DNA of 51,291 bases from Deltaproteobacteria bacterium GWC2_42_11 (GCA_001797495.1 MGPS01000004.1:1-51291), one strand, 5' to 3'. Counted from the stretch's first letter, positions 30,363 through 41,471 are shown. A program made the numbers and translations. The notes: generated by a model not told the origin, from the letters alone.

Positions 30363-31943
30363 CTACCTTTCTTCATGGTGGCTCTCTTCTGTATTCACTG
30401 CCCATATGTTTTCTTTTGTTTTTACGCCATTCACAATATTATCCACAGCAATCATTGCTGTCAGCATGGAATGGTCCATATTATTGTATCTGTGCATTCC
30501 GTTTCTTCCTACCAAAAACAGATTTTCAAAACTGCTCACATAATCTTTTATTTCATCAAAACAGTCATATGTTCCAAGATATGCAGGGTATGCCTTTGGC
30601 ACCCTGACAAGGCAGCGGTCAATAACATCAACAGGGTCTATTATGCCTATCTTTACCAGTTCATTTACCGCAAAGTTGATAAATTCCTTATCATCCATAT
30701 TCCATAGTTCATCACCATCATTGCAGAAATATTCCAGACCTACCCACACAGTATTTTCCAAATCCCTGACCATGTAAGGGCTCCAGTTATTAAATACCTG
30801 AAACCTTCCTAGATTAACATCTCTTTCCTGTATATATATCCATATATCAGGGACTATATTGCCAATGGTTTTTATTCCTGTCTGGTTCTGTATCTTTAGT
30901 TTTTTTAACAACAATCCAACAGTAATAAAATCACGATATACCAGTCCCTCTGCAGTTTGTTTTATTTTACTGTCAACAGCATCCCCCATTGCCCTTATAA
31001 GTTCTTTTATTGGCATGGAAGAAAAGACATAGTCTGCTGCCGCTCTTTTTTTAAACGCAGTATTTCCATCCAATGTTTCTACTTCTGATATACAGTTATT
31101 ATCGCATTTAATACCGATAACTTTATGGTTCAGAAAAATTTCTCCGCCCATACTGATTATTCTGGCGGATGCTTCTTCCCATAGATGTCCTGGTCCGTAT
31201 TTGGGATATAAAAACTGCTCAATGAGGCTTGTTTCTGTCTTTTTCTGAGAAATAGATTTATCGGATTTATTAAAAATATTTTTTATTGCGTGCATCAGAA
31301 CCTTTGTAACAGATAATCCCTTTATCCTCTGGGTGCCCCAATCAGGCTTTATCTTTGAAGGATGAACCCCCCATACCTTTTGTGTATAGTCCTTAAAAAA
31401 GGTCATATACAATTCTTTCCCGAACCTGTTTATCATAAAATCTTCGAGAGATGATTCATTTTTTACAGGGAAAAAGCATATCCTGATGTAACTTAACCCT
31501 ATCCTGATAATCCTCATAATGCCTAAGTTCTTGACAGTATTTATATTCAGGGAAACAGGGTAATCAAAAAATTTCCTCAGGTAATAAATCCTTGAGAGGC
31601 GGTTTCTAATAAGCATCACTTCATCTGTTTTTTCAGGGTCAGGGGCATTAGGGTTTCGGGAATATACCTTTTCACGGTTTAGTAGCAGATCGTCTTTTGC
31701 AGGATAACCCTGCATAGGCAGGATATCCAGCCACCATTTCATAACCCTTTCGGACTTTGAAAAAAAGCGGTGTCCTCCCATATCCATGCGGTTGCCTTTG
31801 TAATTAAATGTCCTTGCTATGCCGCCTATTTCATTTGTAGATTCAAAGATAACAGGTTTGATGTCTGTCTTTTTAAGCAGTTCATAGGCAGCAGTCAGCC
31901 CTGCCGGACCTGCTCCGATTATGACAGCAGTTTTTTTAGACAT
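30363..31943 (-). CDS. FAD-dependent oxidoreductase (HemY/UDP-galactopyranose mutase-like superfamily)
   Basis: GAGPAG Rossmann motif, [31 protein letters not shown]. Confidence 0.9.
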   Translation of the reverse strand: MSKKTAVIIGAGPAGLTAAYELLKKTDIKPVIFESTNEIGGIARTFNYKGNRMDMGGHRFFSKSERVMKWWLDILPMQGYPAKDDLLLNREKVYSRNPNAPDPEKTDEVMLIRNRLSRIYYLRKFFDYPVSLNINTVKNLGIMRIIRIGLSYIRICFFPVKNESSLEDFMINRFGKELYMTFFKDYTQKVWGVHPSKIKPDWGTQRIKGLSVTKVLMHAIKNIFNKSDKSISQKKTETSLIEQFLYPKYGPGHLWEEASARIISMGGEIFLNHKVIGIKCDNNCISEVETLDGNTAFKKRAAADYVFSSMPIKELIRAMGDAVDSKIKQTAEGLVYRDFITVGLLLKKLKIQNQTGIKTIGNIVPDIWIYIQERDVNLGRFQVFNNWSPYMVRDLENTVWVGLEYFCNDGDELWNMDDKEFINFAVNELVKIGIIDPVDVIDRCLVRVPKAYPAYLGTYDCFDEIKDYVSSFENLFLVGRNGMHRYNNMDHSMLTAMIAVDNIVNGVKTKENIWAVNTEESHHEER

Positions 31944-32153
31944 TTTTATCTCGCTTTGCTAGTTTTAAATAATAAATGTGCCGTCCCCTGCTCAAATTCG
32001 GAATTTTCAAAGGCAGGACAATTATCGCAGAATGACAAGAAAAGTCAATGACGGTTGGGGGTTATTTAGAAAATGCAGTGGAAAGCAGGTAATTTGTTGA
32101 TTTTAAGATGATGTGCCGCACAGGGATATAACCTGTGACCCACTGATTAAGAG

Positions 32154-32469
32154 TTGTTTTCAAAGTTATGTCTTGCCTTTGCTACAACGAACATAATAGA
32201 GAGCATACATGCGGTAGTAGAGCAGATGATTGGGAAGATAGACTATTGGAAGAACTCTAATCAGAAGCAAAGGTGGGCAGCCGCATCATTACTTCAGATA
32301 GAACAAAGGCTGAATAGGGTGGTAAATGAATACCGACATCTTGCATAACTAAGAAAGGCATTACAAAGGGAGATAGAAATAAAGAACACAAAAGAAAGAA
32401 AGGAGGCAGTGGCTGCCTGATGCAGATATAGAGCTGCCTAAGAATTTCAACTAAAAATGGGATTGACTC
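32154..32469 (+). pseudogene. IS256-family transposase C-terminal remnant with right end
   Basis: TTNIIES...WKNSNQKQRWAAASLL..E.RL; premature TAA at 32346, frame continues to TGA 32420; IR-like TTCAACTAAAAATGGGATTGACTC. N-terminal part absent. Confidence 0.8.
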
Positions 32470-32497
32470 CTAACCTATTTAAAAATATGGATTTTAT

Positions 32498-32574
<77 letters not shown>

Positions 32575-32641
32575 ATAGTTTAGGAAAGTTTTTCACAATT
32601 CAAAATCAAAGTCAAGCAATTTGATTTTCTGCACGATATTA

Positions 32642-33385
32642 TCACTCCATATCTTGTGGTGGTATGTCAAAATTGGCATACACATTCTGAACATCCTCCA
32701 GGTCTTCCAACTCCTCCATCAGACGAATGACATTTACAGCATCCTTGCCTTCCAATCTTACGGTATTTTTCGGAATCATGCTTACTTCCGCAATGGTATA
32801 TTTCATCCCTTTTTTATCAAATGTACCCTTGACCGAGTGAAAATCAGGAGGCGCTGTATACACCTCAAAGACATTGTCCTCTGTATTTGTTATAACATCC
32901 TCTGCGCCTGCATCAATTGCTGCTTCCATAAGTTTTTCTTCTGTAATAGATGACATATCAAATGTAAACATCCCTTTTTTCTCAAACATCCATGAAACTG
33001 AACCGCTTTCAGCAAGCCTTCCGCCATATTTGGCAAATGTGTATCTCACCTCTGATGCCGTCCTGTTCCTGTTGTCTGTCATAATAAGCACAAGAACAGC
33101 AGTACCACCTGCCCCATATCCCTCGTAGAAAAATTCCTCGTAATTAACATCCTCTAATTCCCCTGTTCCCTTTTTAATCGCCCTGTTTATGTTGTCAGCG
33201 GGTACATTTTCAGCCCTTGCGTTTTCTATTGCCGTCCTTAAACGCGGATTGGCAGACATATCACCGCCACCCATCTTTGCAGCGACCATTACCTCTTTTA
33301 TAACTTTTGTAAATACCCTCCCTTTTTTGGCGTCTGACTTCGCCTTTTTGTGTTTTATATTAGCCCATCTTGAATGCCCAGACAT
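32642..33385 (-). CDS. yebC: YebC/PmpR family protein
   Basis: MSGHSRWANIKHKK, NPRLR, YEGYG, TDNRNRT, DVQNVYAN. Confidence 0.97.
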   Translation of the reverse strand: MSGHSRWANIKHKKAKSDAKKGRVFTKVIKEVMVAAKMGGGDMSANPRLRTAIENARAENVPADNINRAIKKGTGELEDVNYEEFFYEGYGAGGTAVLVLIMTDNRNRTASEVRYTFAKYGGRLAESGSVSWMFEKKGMFTFDMSSITEEKLMEAAIDAGAEDVITNTEDNVFEVYTAPPDFHSVKGTFDKKGMKYTIAEVSMIPKNTVRLEGKDAVNVIRLMEELEDLEDVQNVYANFDIPPQDME

Positions 33386-33418
33386 ATAATACTTTTCCCT
33401 CCTGAATAAAACTGAAAC

Positions 33419-33727
33419 TCAGTGTATTGTCCCCTTCAGGGTATCACCTTCAAAAAGGCCCTTTTCTATACAGAACGGGTCCCTGATAAATCTCATCCTG
33501 CAATCTTTACAGAGTATAAATATCATATCCTGATAGACATCGTCTCCAACCTCTTTTGGGTCAACATCAGAAAGTTCTTCAAGAAGGTCGAGCATGCCCT
33601 CCTCTAAATCCCCATGGCACTGTTCAAGATATCCGTCAAAATCAGCAAATGTCTTTATCTCTACAACATATTTTAAACTGCCAGCAGGCAACTCTTTGCC
33701 GCAGCACTGACATCTTATCTTGTTCAT
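33419..33727 (-). CDS. Small acidic protein with two CxxC pairs (putative Zn ribbon)
   Basis: CQCC near the N-terminus and CKDC later; RBS AAGGA; co-oriented with yebC. Confidence 0.75.
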   Translation of the reverse strand: MNKIRCQCCGKELPAGSLKYVVEIKTFADFDGYLEQCHGDLEEGMLDLLEELSDVDPKEVGDDVYQDMIFILCKDCRMRFIRDPFCIEKGLFEGDTLKGTIH

Positions 33728-33815
33728 ATCATGTTTCCTTTCGGTTTATTTGCCACAAATATAACTATAAACATTTGCCTTGTCAAATCAAATAGAGGTA
33801 TGTTATTTTTTTGCC

Positions 33816-34697
33816 ATGATAGATACTATTCTGGCAAGAGATTCTTTCCTTTTATCCACAGAATTAAGGCTGTTCTGGCTGGTAGCATTCTTATACGGTG
33901 TATCCCTGTTCCTGCACATTGCATATCTTTTGACAAAGAAAAACTCTGTCGGCAAGGCAGCCGCGGGTATCCTGTGGGGAGTTGTTGTTGTCCATGCAGG
34001 CATGATACTTTTCAGGACAGTAGAGGCACAGAGGGCGCCGTTTCAGACCCTTTATGAAAGTCTTTCATGGTTTGCATGGAGCGCATCCATTACATACCTC
34101 TATGTTGGCAGGAAATGGAAGGATATTTATCTCCCCGGCATACCTGTAACCATTCTGGCAATGGGGGCATCACTTTACGCACTTCTATCAAGAAGCCCTG
34201 CAGTTGAACCACTCTCCCCTCCCCTGCAGAGTTGGTGGTTTGAATATCATGTGATACTCGCATTCCTCTCGTACGCAGTATTTGTTGTCAGTTGCTCAAT
34301 AGAGATTGTATATCTCCTTATTAAACCCTGCCTTAAAAAAGGGAAATCTTCCGGATATGGTCTTGACCTAAACAATATTGAGGCATTCCACAGGACATCT
34401 CACAAACTTGTGCTTTTCGGATTCCCTCTGCTGACATTTGGTATATTCTCAGGCGCAGCATGGGCAAACGACGCCTGGGGGAGATACTGGAGTTGGGATC
34501 CAAAAGAAACATGGTCGCTAATAACATGGACTGTATTTGCCATGTATCTCCACTCCATGACAATACCAAAATGGCAGGGTAATACAGCATCTGTTTTCAA
34601 TATACTCGGCTTTATATGTATGATGATGACATTCCTTGGCGTTAACTGGCTTGCAAAACTGCTGGGCATTCCAAGTTTGCATGTGTATGCAGTGTAA
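33816..34697 (+). CDS. ccsA: Cytochrome c biogenesis protein CcsA/ResC (system II)
   Basis: LQSWWFEYHV, GAAWANDAWGRYWSWDPKETW (WWD domain), SLHVYA. Confidence 0.95.
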   Translation: MIDTILARDSFLLSTELRLFWLVAFLYGVSLFLHIAYLLTKKNSVGKAAAGILWGVVVVHAGMILFRTVEAQRAPFQTLYESLSWFAWSASITYLYVGRKWKDIYLPGIPVTILAMGASLYALLSRSPAVEPLSPPLQSWWFEYHVILAFLSYAVFVVSCSIEIVYLLIKPCLKKGKSSGYGLDLNNIEAFHRTSHKLVLFGFPLLTFGIFSGAAWANDAWGRYWSWDPKETWSLITWTVFAMYLHSMTIPKWQGNTASVFNILGFICMMMTFLGVNWLAKLLGIPSLHVYAV

Positions 34698-34702
34698 AAA
34701 AT

Positions 34703-34727
34703 CGTGATGCGTGCGCGTGATGCGTAA
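34703..34727. repeat. CGTGATG array, second copy of the dnaK-dnaJ left arm
   Basis: CGTGATGCGTGCGCGTGATGCGT, 22/23 identical to 9941-9963. Confidence 0.85.
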
Positions 34728-34749
34728 ATAATCTTAAACTACAAATACT

Positions 34750-36159
34750 ATGCAGATTAGAACTACCTGGCTTTATAAAAAATTTTCTTCTATAAAAACA
34801 TCTATACTCTTTCTCGGGATACTTTCGTTCTTTTACCTCCTCGGGACAATCTTCCCGCAGGGCGGAGATATAAACGAATATATAAATGCAGGGGGGCGAT
34901 TCATATTCCTTGTAAAAATATTCGGACTCCTTGATGCCTTTACAACCCCATGGTTTTTAATAACCAGCCTGCTGCTGCTTATAAGCCTCTCTATCTGTTC
35001 TTATGAAAGGCTCCTTACGCTCATGGGCAAACAGATTCTTGATACAGCACCTACCAAGTCATATATAATACCGTTAAATACAGGTGAGAATATTGACAAC
35101 ACCTTCATAAAAAAACTTAACTTCAAAAAATCGTATTCAAACCCTTCTGCCACAGTTGTTACAAGGGGTATATCATACAAATGGCTGACATTGATTTATC
35201 ATCTCGGCATACTCCTTTGTTTTACAGGGTTCTTCCTGACATATATGTCTGCATTTGAGGACGAGGTTATAATATATCCTGATGAAACAAAAGCAATTCA
35301 GCCTTCCTCGCAGAGTAGGCTACAGAGATTGCTGGGCAAAAAACATAAGGAACTGCCGTTTAAGATTAAACTAGAAGAGTTTATAACAGAATATAACCAG
35401 ATGCCATCCATTGATTATCCAAAGGATAAACTTTCAAGGCTTGCAGTAGGACTAGGCTGGACAAGCAATTCACTAAATTACAAAATAAAAGATGATTCGC
35501 TTTTTCCAAAAGACTGGAAAAGCAGATTGAGGGTGATTAAAGACGATGCACTTATCCTTGAAAAAACCATTGAGGTAAACGAGCCGCTGAAATACGGCGG
35601 CTTTACATTCTATCAGGCTGCATTTAAACAGGACATTAAAATAGAAATGGACGGCGGTCCACTGGCAATTGATGCAGAGGTTGGCAAAGAGACTATAATA
35701 CCCGGTCTGGAAGGCGAAATTGTTTTTAAAAATTTAAGAACCGGGACACTCTTTAAAAGAGACGGCACCACAGAGAAGATTATTCCATTTGTGGATGTGT
35801 ATATTTTTAAGAAAATATCGGACGGAAAGACAGACAAAGAGAAGATAGGCAGACTTGAGAAGGGGAGTTTACTAACAATTGGCAGCAAGACCTTTGGTAT
35901 AAAGGGATTTAGCGAGGCAACGATATTAAGTTACCGCTATGACCCGGGCGTCCCCATACTCTGGTTTGGAGGAATAATGACCCTTATTGCAATGGCACTG
36001 AGGATATATTCTCCATGGTACAGGGTAATCTACAGGGTTGATGTAAAGGACGGCAGGACATTATTAAAACTTTCAATAAACACAAAAGGGCTGCTGGCGG
36101 ATAAGGAACACCTGATAAAGCGGATACAACATTTTGTCCTACTCTCCAAGAACCCCTGA
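34750..36159 (+). CDS. ccsB: Cytochrome c biogenesis protein CcsB/ResB
   Basis: GTIFPQ, FTTPWF, conserved His (YHLG), VNEPLKYGGFTFYQ, DPGVP. Confidence 0.92.
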   Translation: MQIRTTWLYKKFSSIKTSILFLGILSFFYLLGTIFPQGGDINEYINAGGRFIFLVKIFGLLDAFTTPWFLITSLLLLISLSICSYERLLTLMGKQILDTAPTKSYIIPLNTGENIDNTFIKKLNFKKSYSNPSATVVTRGISYKWLTLIYHLGILLCFTGFFLTYMSAFEDEVIIYPDETKAIQPSSQSRLQRLLGKKHKELPFKIKLEEFITEYNQMPSIDYPKDKLSRLAVGLGWTSNSLNYKIKDDSLFPKDWKSRLRVIKDDALILEKTIEVNEPLKYGGFTFYQAAFKQDIKIEMDGGPLAIDAEVGKETIIPGLEGEIVFKNLRTGTLFKRDGTTEKIIPFVDVYIFKKISDGKTDKEKIGRLEKGSLLTIGSKTFGIKGFSEATILSYRYDPGVPILWFGGIMTLIAMALRIYSPWYRVIYRVDVKDGRTLLKLSINTKGLLADKEHLIKRIQHFVLLSKNP

Positions 36160-37224
36160 CTCCTTCCCCTCCCCAAGTCCTTTAAGTTTATCACCAAGTC
36201 TGTCGAGTTTTTTCTGTGCCTCGTCGTATTTATTCCTCGTATTGCCAAGGTGTTTACCTATAACTTCAAAATCCTCTGCAAATCTTTCAAAGTCATTTCT
36301 TAGTCTTGCAAGATGGGAAAGTATCTCCTGTGCCTCTCTGGATATCTCCATCCCCCGTAAACCTAAAAGTATTGTCTGAAGATAGGCATAAAAACTATTT
36401 GGTGAAACAGGCACAACCCTTTTGCTGAATGCGTATGCTGCTATCCCCTTTTCAGTATCAATGGACTCATCTTTTATTATTGTCTCGTAATACACATTTT
36501 CCGCAGGTATATACATGAGTGCAAAGTCAAATGTCCCTTCATCAGGCAGGATATACTGTGAGGCAATGGCATCAATATGCTTTTTGACATCAGAGACAAA
36601 CTTTTTTCTTGCTGTCTTACACTCTTCTTCTGAAGAAGACTCAACTATCCTTTTAAAGTTTTCAAGCGGGAATTTTGAATCCACAGGGACAATTCCGTGA
36701 TTGGTCTGGATTATTGCATCAACCCTCATACCGTTTTTAAAAGTATGCTGGATTTTATAATTTGCGGCAGGGAGTATCTGGCTTAAGAGGTCTCCGAGAA
36801 AGAGTTCCCCGATACCTCCCCTTAATTTTGGCGCCCTGAGTATCTCCTGAAGACCGGCAATGTCTTTACCGACATCAAATATCTGCTGCGTTGCCTTTGA
36901 AAGTTCTCCTAAATTCTGTTTTACCTCTCCGAATACCTTTACAGCATTATCGAGTCTTGCCCCTATATGTCCTGTGGTTGACTGCAACTGCTGGTTCATT
37001 GCTGACAATTGGCTGTTTACCTGAAACGTCGTCTGTGCGAGTTGCTGGTTTATAAGGTTTAAACTGCTTGCCATATTCTCGCTCAACTGCTGTCTCAGAT
37101 TATCAACCTGCTGCTGCATAAGAAGGATAGAATTATTGTCTTCTTTTGGCTTTCTCAGATTCAGGACAAGCCATAAGGCAATAATTATCAGTACGGACAG
37201 GAGTATTATTGTAATTATTTCCAT
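36139..37224 (-). CDS. rmuC: DNA recombination protein RmuC
   Basis: N-terminal TM, coiled coil, PKLRGGIGE, VDSKFP, TFDFALMYIPAENVY, PVSPNS. Confidence 0.95.
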   Translation of the reverse strand: MEIITIILLSVLIIIALWLVLNLRKPKEDNNSILLMQQQVDNLRQQLSENMASSLNLINQQLAQTTFQVNSQLSAMNQQLQSTTGHIGARLDNAVKVFGEVKQNLGELSKATQQIFDVGKDIAGLQEILRAPKLRGGIGELFLGDLLSQILPAANYKIQHTFKNGMRVDAIIQTNHGIVPVDSKFPLENFKRIVESSSEEECKTARKKFVSDVKKHIDAIASQYILPDEGTFDFALMYIPAENVYYETIIKDESIDTEKGIAAYAFSKRVVPVSPNSFYAYLQTILLGLRGMEISREAQEILSHLARLRNDFERFAEDFEVIGKHLGNTRNKYDEAQKKLDRLGDKLKGLGEGKESGVLGE

Positions 37225-37412
37225 TAGCAACTAAACCCCGATAACCTTTATCATCTCCATTCCATATCTAACCTTCATATTTCACCTCCAGTGTTTCTTT
37301 TTTAATATATACTAAACTCACCACCAAAGGAATTGATATTTTTTCACTCAGTGCTGGTTCAGGTTTGTAACCTAAACCCCGCCAAGTGTGGTGAACCGAA
37401 AATTGCAGTATC

Positions 37413-38285
37413 TCATCCTTCCTTCCTTCTGATAATATCCTTATATCCCTTCAGAATCTTTTGTGTTATCTCTCCATGCCTCCCGCCCCCTATATTTCCC
37501 CCATCTACTATTATTAAAGGTGTTACCTCAATAATTGAGTTTGTAACGAATGCCTCATCTGATTTTAATAAGTCAATTTTTCTTATTGGAGTTTCAGCGA
37601 CTTCTAACCCGATTTTATTCGCTATGTCTATGACTGTTTGCCTAGTTATACCTGGAAGGATTTTTGAACTCAGAGGCGGGGTTTTTACCCTGCCGTTTTT
37701 TATAATAAATATGTTTGATACTGTCCCTTCAAGGACTGTCCCTTCGGGGCTGATAAAGATTGCCTCTTGCGTGTCCATGTCTTTTGCCATCATGGCACCT
37801 ATGACATTATCCAGAAAATTTAGAGATTTGATATTTGATAATACTGACGATGATTTGAAAAAGGTCAATGTTACTGCCTTTATGCCTGACACCTGGTTCT
37901 TCTTTATCCTCTGTGGGATTGGCTTAACGACAACTATTTCAGTTGGTCTGAGATTATGACTTGATGGGGTGAGCCTGCTGTAATCAACACCCCTTGTAAT
38001 TGTAATCCGTATATAACTATCTTTATCATCAAGTTTATTATATATTAAGAGTTTATTTATTATTCTATGCCACCTCGCAGTATTGTTTGAAAAATGCATT
38101 CTAATAAATTCTGCACTGCGGGACATCCTCTGCAAGTGTTCGTCAAGTGCAAAAACCTTTCCTCTGTAGGAGCGCATGGTCTCAAACAGTCCATCACCGT
38201 ACAGTAAGCCCCTGTCAAATACACTTATATTTGCTTTTGATGACGGCACAAAAGAGCCGTTTAGAAAAACGATTATCTCTTTCAT
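37413..38285 (-). CDS. Class IV aminotransferase (PabC/IlvE-like)
   Basis: DRGLLYGDGLFET, KSLN, EGTVSNIF, ILPGITR, DEAFVTNS. Confidence 0.92.
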   Translation of the reverse strand: MKEIIVFLNGSFVPSSKANISVFDRGLLYGDGLFETMRSYRGKVFALDEHLQRMSRSAEFIRMHFSNNTARWHRIINKLLIYNKLDDKDSYIRITITRGVDYSRLTPSSHNLRPTEIVVVKPIPQRIKKNQVSGIKAVTLTFFKSSSVLSNIKSLNFLDNVIGAMMAKDMDTQEAIFISPEGTVLEGTVSNIFIIKNGRVKTPPLSSKILPGITRQTVIDIANKIGLEVAETPIRKIDLLKSDEAFVTNSIIEVTPLIIVDGGNIGGGRHGEITQKILKGYKDIIRRKEG

Positions 38286-38287
38286 TG

Positions 38288-40090
38288 TTAATTCAACATC
38301 TCCTTTATCTCTTCAGCGGTCTGCCTTGTAATACCTTTTATCTTCAAGATATCTTCAACACTCGCCTCTTTTACCTTTTCAATGCTGCCGAAATATGTAA
38401 GGACATCCTTTGCCCTCTTTTTACCAATTCCTATTATCTCCTCCAGCACAGAGCCTACACCTTTTTTTCTTAAACCCTTATGGTATCTTATCGCTAACCT
38501 ATGGACTTCGTCGCGGACTGCCCTCAAAAACAGGTCAATATCCGAGCCTGGTTTGAGTATAACAGGGTCCTTAACTTCCGGCAGATATATCTTTTCACCA
38601 CCAGAACCAGTCTTATCTTTTGCAATCGCCAGAACATCAATGCCCTTTATGCCAAGTTCTTTAAGGATACTGGCGCATACATTCAACTGCCCCTTTCCGC
38701 CGTCAATTATAATTAAGTCAGGCATGACCCCTGACCCGTCTTTTACCTTGCCGTACCTCCTTGACAGGACCTCTTTCATCATACCGTAGTCATCAGGTTC
38801 ATCCAATGTCTTTATCCTGTAGAGTCTGTAATTTTCCTTGAATGGCTTTCCATCTATGAACACTACCATAGCGCCCACTGCCAGTTTTCCGCTGATATTT
38901 GAAATGTCAAATGCCTCTATTCTGTCAGGTGTATTCTTAAGTCTGAATCTGGACTGAAGTTCATAAGATATATCCTTATCAGTCCCTGCTGCTAACGCAT
39001 ACTTTTTATTCAATAATTCATCTGCATTAACCTCTGCCATCTGGAGGAGTCTAAACCTGTTGCCCTTTTTGGGCATAACGACCCTTACATGCCTCCCCTT
39101 TTTTTCAGTAAGCAAATCTTCAATCGGCTGAAAGTCAGTATGCAGTTCAGGTAATATTATATCATCCGGGATAAACCTGTCCATGCTGTAATACTGAGTA
39201 ACAAGCGATGAGACTGCCTCGTCGGTTGGCAATAGCATATCTGTAAAAAAATATTCGGTGCTGTTTGATAATCTGCCGTTCCTTATATTGAGGATAGCAG
39301 CAGCAAAGTCTTTTCCTTTTCTGATAATTCCGAATATGTCCTGGTCAATATCAGTATGAGAAACAACTAACTGTTTTTCCAGTGTTGCCTCAATTGCATC
39401 TATCCTGTCCCGTATGACAGCAGCCTTTTCAAACTCAAGACCGTTTGATGCATCTTCCATCTTATATTTAAGGTCTTTTATGAGTTCAGTACTCCTCCCT
39501 TCAAGGAACATGGTTATACTGTTCACAACGTTCCTGTAATCCTCCTCTGTGACCAACTTGAGACAAGGGGCAAGGCATATCTTTATCTGATAGTCGATGC
39601 AGGGTCTTTTTCTGGAATGCATAACACTATCTGAGCATATCCGCATGGGGAATATCTTCCTCAAAAACTGCAAGGTCTCTCTTACCTTGCTGCTTGATGC
39701 ATATGGACCAAAATACCTGCTGCCGTCCTTTCTAACCTGCCTTGTAAGCAGTATCCTTGGGTATTTATCCTTAAGGGTCAGTTTGATGTTTATATATGTC
39801 TTGTCGTCCTTTAATCTTATATTATAACGAGGCTTGTATTTTTTAAGCAGGGTGTCTTCCAGTATTATAGCCTCTTTTTCATTTGTTGTGACTATGCAGT
39901 CAATGTTCGCCATCTTTGAAATAAGGAACTTAACAGTATATCTTGTATCAGCAGTTCTCAAAAAATACGAACTGACCCTCTTTCTGATATCCTTTGCCTT
40001 ACCGATATAAATAACCCTCCCTTCCTTATTCTTCATAAGGTAGATACCTGTTTTTGCAGGGAGGTTCTTTATCTTTTCTTTTATATCCAT
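38288..40090 (-). CDS. uvrC: Excinuclease ABC subunit C
   Basis: GIY..YIGKA, FGPY, RIEAFDISN, DGGKGQ, RDEVHR, C-terminal HhH. Confidence 0.98.
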   Translation of the reverse strand: MDIKEKIKNLPAKTGIYLMKNKEGRVIYIGKAKDIRKRVSSYFLRTADTRYTVKFLISKMANIDCIVTTNEKEAIILEDTLLKKYKPRYNIRLKDDKTYINIKLTLKDKYPRILLTRQVRKDGSRYFGPYASSSKVRETLQFLRKIFPMRICSDSVMHSRKRPCIDYQIKICLAPCLKLVTEEDYRNVVNSITMFLEGRSTELIKDLKYKMEDASNGLEFEKAAVIRDRIDAIEATLEKQLVVSHTDIDQDIFGIIRKGKDFAAAILNIRNGRLSNSTEYFFTDMLLPTDEAVSSLVTQYYSMDRFIPDDIILPELHTDFQPIEDLLTEKKGRHVRVVMPKKGNRFRLLQMAEVNADELLNKKYALAAGTDKDISYELQSRFRLKNTPDRIEAFDISNISGKLAVGAMVVFIDGKPFKENYRLYRIKTLDEPDDYGMMKEVLSRRYGKVKDGSGVMPDLIIIDGGKGQLNVCASILKELGIKGIDVLAIAKDKTGSGGEKIYLPEVKDPVILKPGSDIDLFLRAVRDEVHRLAIRYHKGLRKKGVGSVLEEIIGIGKKRAKDVLTYFGSIEKVKEASVEDILKIKGITRQTAEEIKEMLN

Positions 40091-40204
40091 ATAGTGTTAG
40101 CCTGCATCAAGGGTAATGCAAAGGGCAATACAAAGTCCTTGACAATAGGTTAGCATAAGTGTATAAAAATAAGCCTGTATATATAATAAAATGGAGGTTT
40201 GAAA

Positions 40205-40474
40205 TTGGCAACACATAGTTCAGCAATAAAAAGACACAAGCAGGGTTTAAAGAGGAAAGCCAGCAACACTGCAGTAAAGTCAGGCATAAAAACTGCTGTA
40301 AAGATGGTAAGAGAGGCAGTTAATGAGAAACAGGCAGAAAATGCAAAGACAATGCTCGCAAAGGCTGTAAAATTGCTCGATAGGGCTGTTGCAAAAGGTG
40401 TGCTCCATCGTAACAATGCGTCCAGAAGGATGTCCCGTCTGACAAAGGCAGTTAACTCTATCGGGATTGAGTAA
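40205..40474 (+). CDS. rpsT: 30S ribosomal protein S20
   Basis: ATHSSAIKR...KGVLHRNNASRRMSRL; TTG start 7 nt after GGAGG. Confidence 0.95.
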   Translation: MATHSSAIKRHKQGLKRKASNTAVKSGIKTAVKMVREAVNEKQAENAKTMLAKAVKLLDRAVAKGVLHRNNASRRMSRLTKAVNSIGIE

Positions 40475-41471
40475 CCTTTCCAAGACATAAATCCATAACA
40501 AGTTTTTCAAAGATCAGTCTATGCAGTCTTTCTGACTTTATGGCAATGTCTGTTCTGTGGAGTTTGTCAAATATATCTACCAGTTCATCTTCCGTAAACT
40601 GGCTGCTCTGTTTTATGTAATTATCAAGATGGTATGGGAAGATACCCGCAATCCCTGCAATCCTGTTTGCAGGGGTGCCTTTCTTCCTTAAGGTCTTTAT
40701 CTTTAATAGTATCCTGAACTGCCTTGCTATCATCCCAAGTATTCTGACAGGTTGTTCACCCCCCTCAATTATTTTATTCAATGCCTTCAGTGCGGATTTA
40801 AAATCCTTTCTACCTATAGAGTCTGTGAGGTCAAACATAGAGTTCACCTTTATATCAGATACAACCGCCTCAACATCAGCCATATCTATTACAGACTTAT
40901 TGCCTGTAAATAATATGAGTTTATCAATCTCTGCCTTAATATCCATGAGGTCTTCCCCGACCATGCCTGTGAGATAATCTACTGCTTCCTCAGATATTTC
41001 CTTCCCGGCATTTTTTACCCCTGTCTTTACCCACAGCGGCAGTTCTTTTTTTGATATTGCATTAAGCGGAAAGATGCAGCCTCTCCTTTCCAGTTCCAAA
41101 ATCAATGCATTACCCTTTTCTATCTTTCCGGTATGTGCGATAAGGACAAGGGATGTTGTGCTGCACGGGTTTTTTATGTATTCAGCGAGTTGCTGGGATT
41201 GTGCTGCATTTATATCCTCCATACCCTTGATAATAATAACCCTCCTCTCAGCCATAAAAGGCATTGTATAGCCTGTGGATATAATGGAGGATATGTCAGA
41301 TTCCCTGATATGGAATGTGTGGCAGTTAAGGTCCTTCATCGCGGAAGATAAGAGGGCTTCCTTTAAAATGCTTAATGCCTCTTCCAGTAGGAAGTTTTCT
41401 TTACTGTAAAGGTAGTAGACATGGAGTGGTTCCTTTTTCTTCAGTCTGTCAAAGACGGATTGTATTGCCAT
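40458..41471 (-). CDS. holA: DNA polymerase III subunit delta
   Basis: TMPFMAERRVIII, EIDKL; conserved leuS-lptE-holA gene order. Confidence 0.93.
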   Translation of the reverse strand: MAIQSVFDRLKKKEPLHVYYLYSKENFLLEEALSILKEALLSSAMKDLNCHTFHIRESDISSIISTGYTMPFMAERRVIIIKGMEDINAAQSQQLAEYIKNPCSTTSLVLIAHTGKIEKGNALILELERRGCIFPLNAISKKELPLWVKTGVKNAGKEISEEAVDYLTGMVGEDLMDIKAEIDKLILFTGNKSVIDMADVEAVVSDIKVNSMFDLTDSIGRKDFKSALKALNKIIEGGEQPVRILGMIARQFRILLKIKTLRKKGTPANRIAGIAGIFPYHLDNYIKQSSQFTEDELVDIFDKLHRTDIAIKSERLHRLIFEKLVMDLCLGKVTQSR

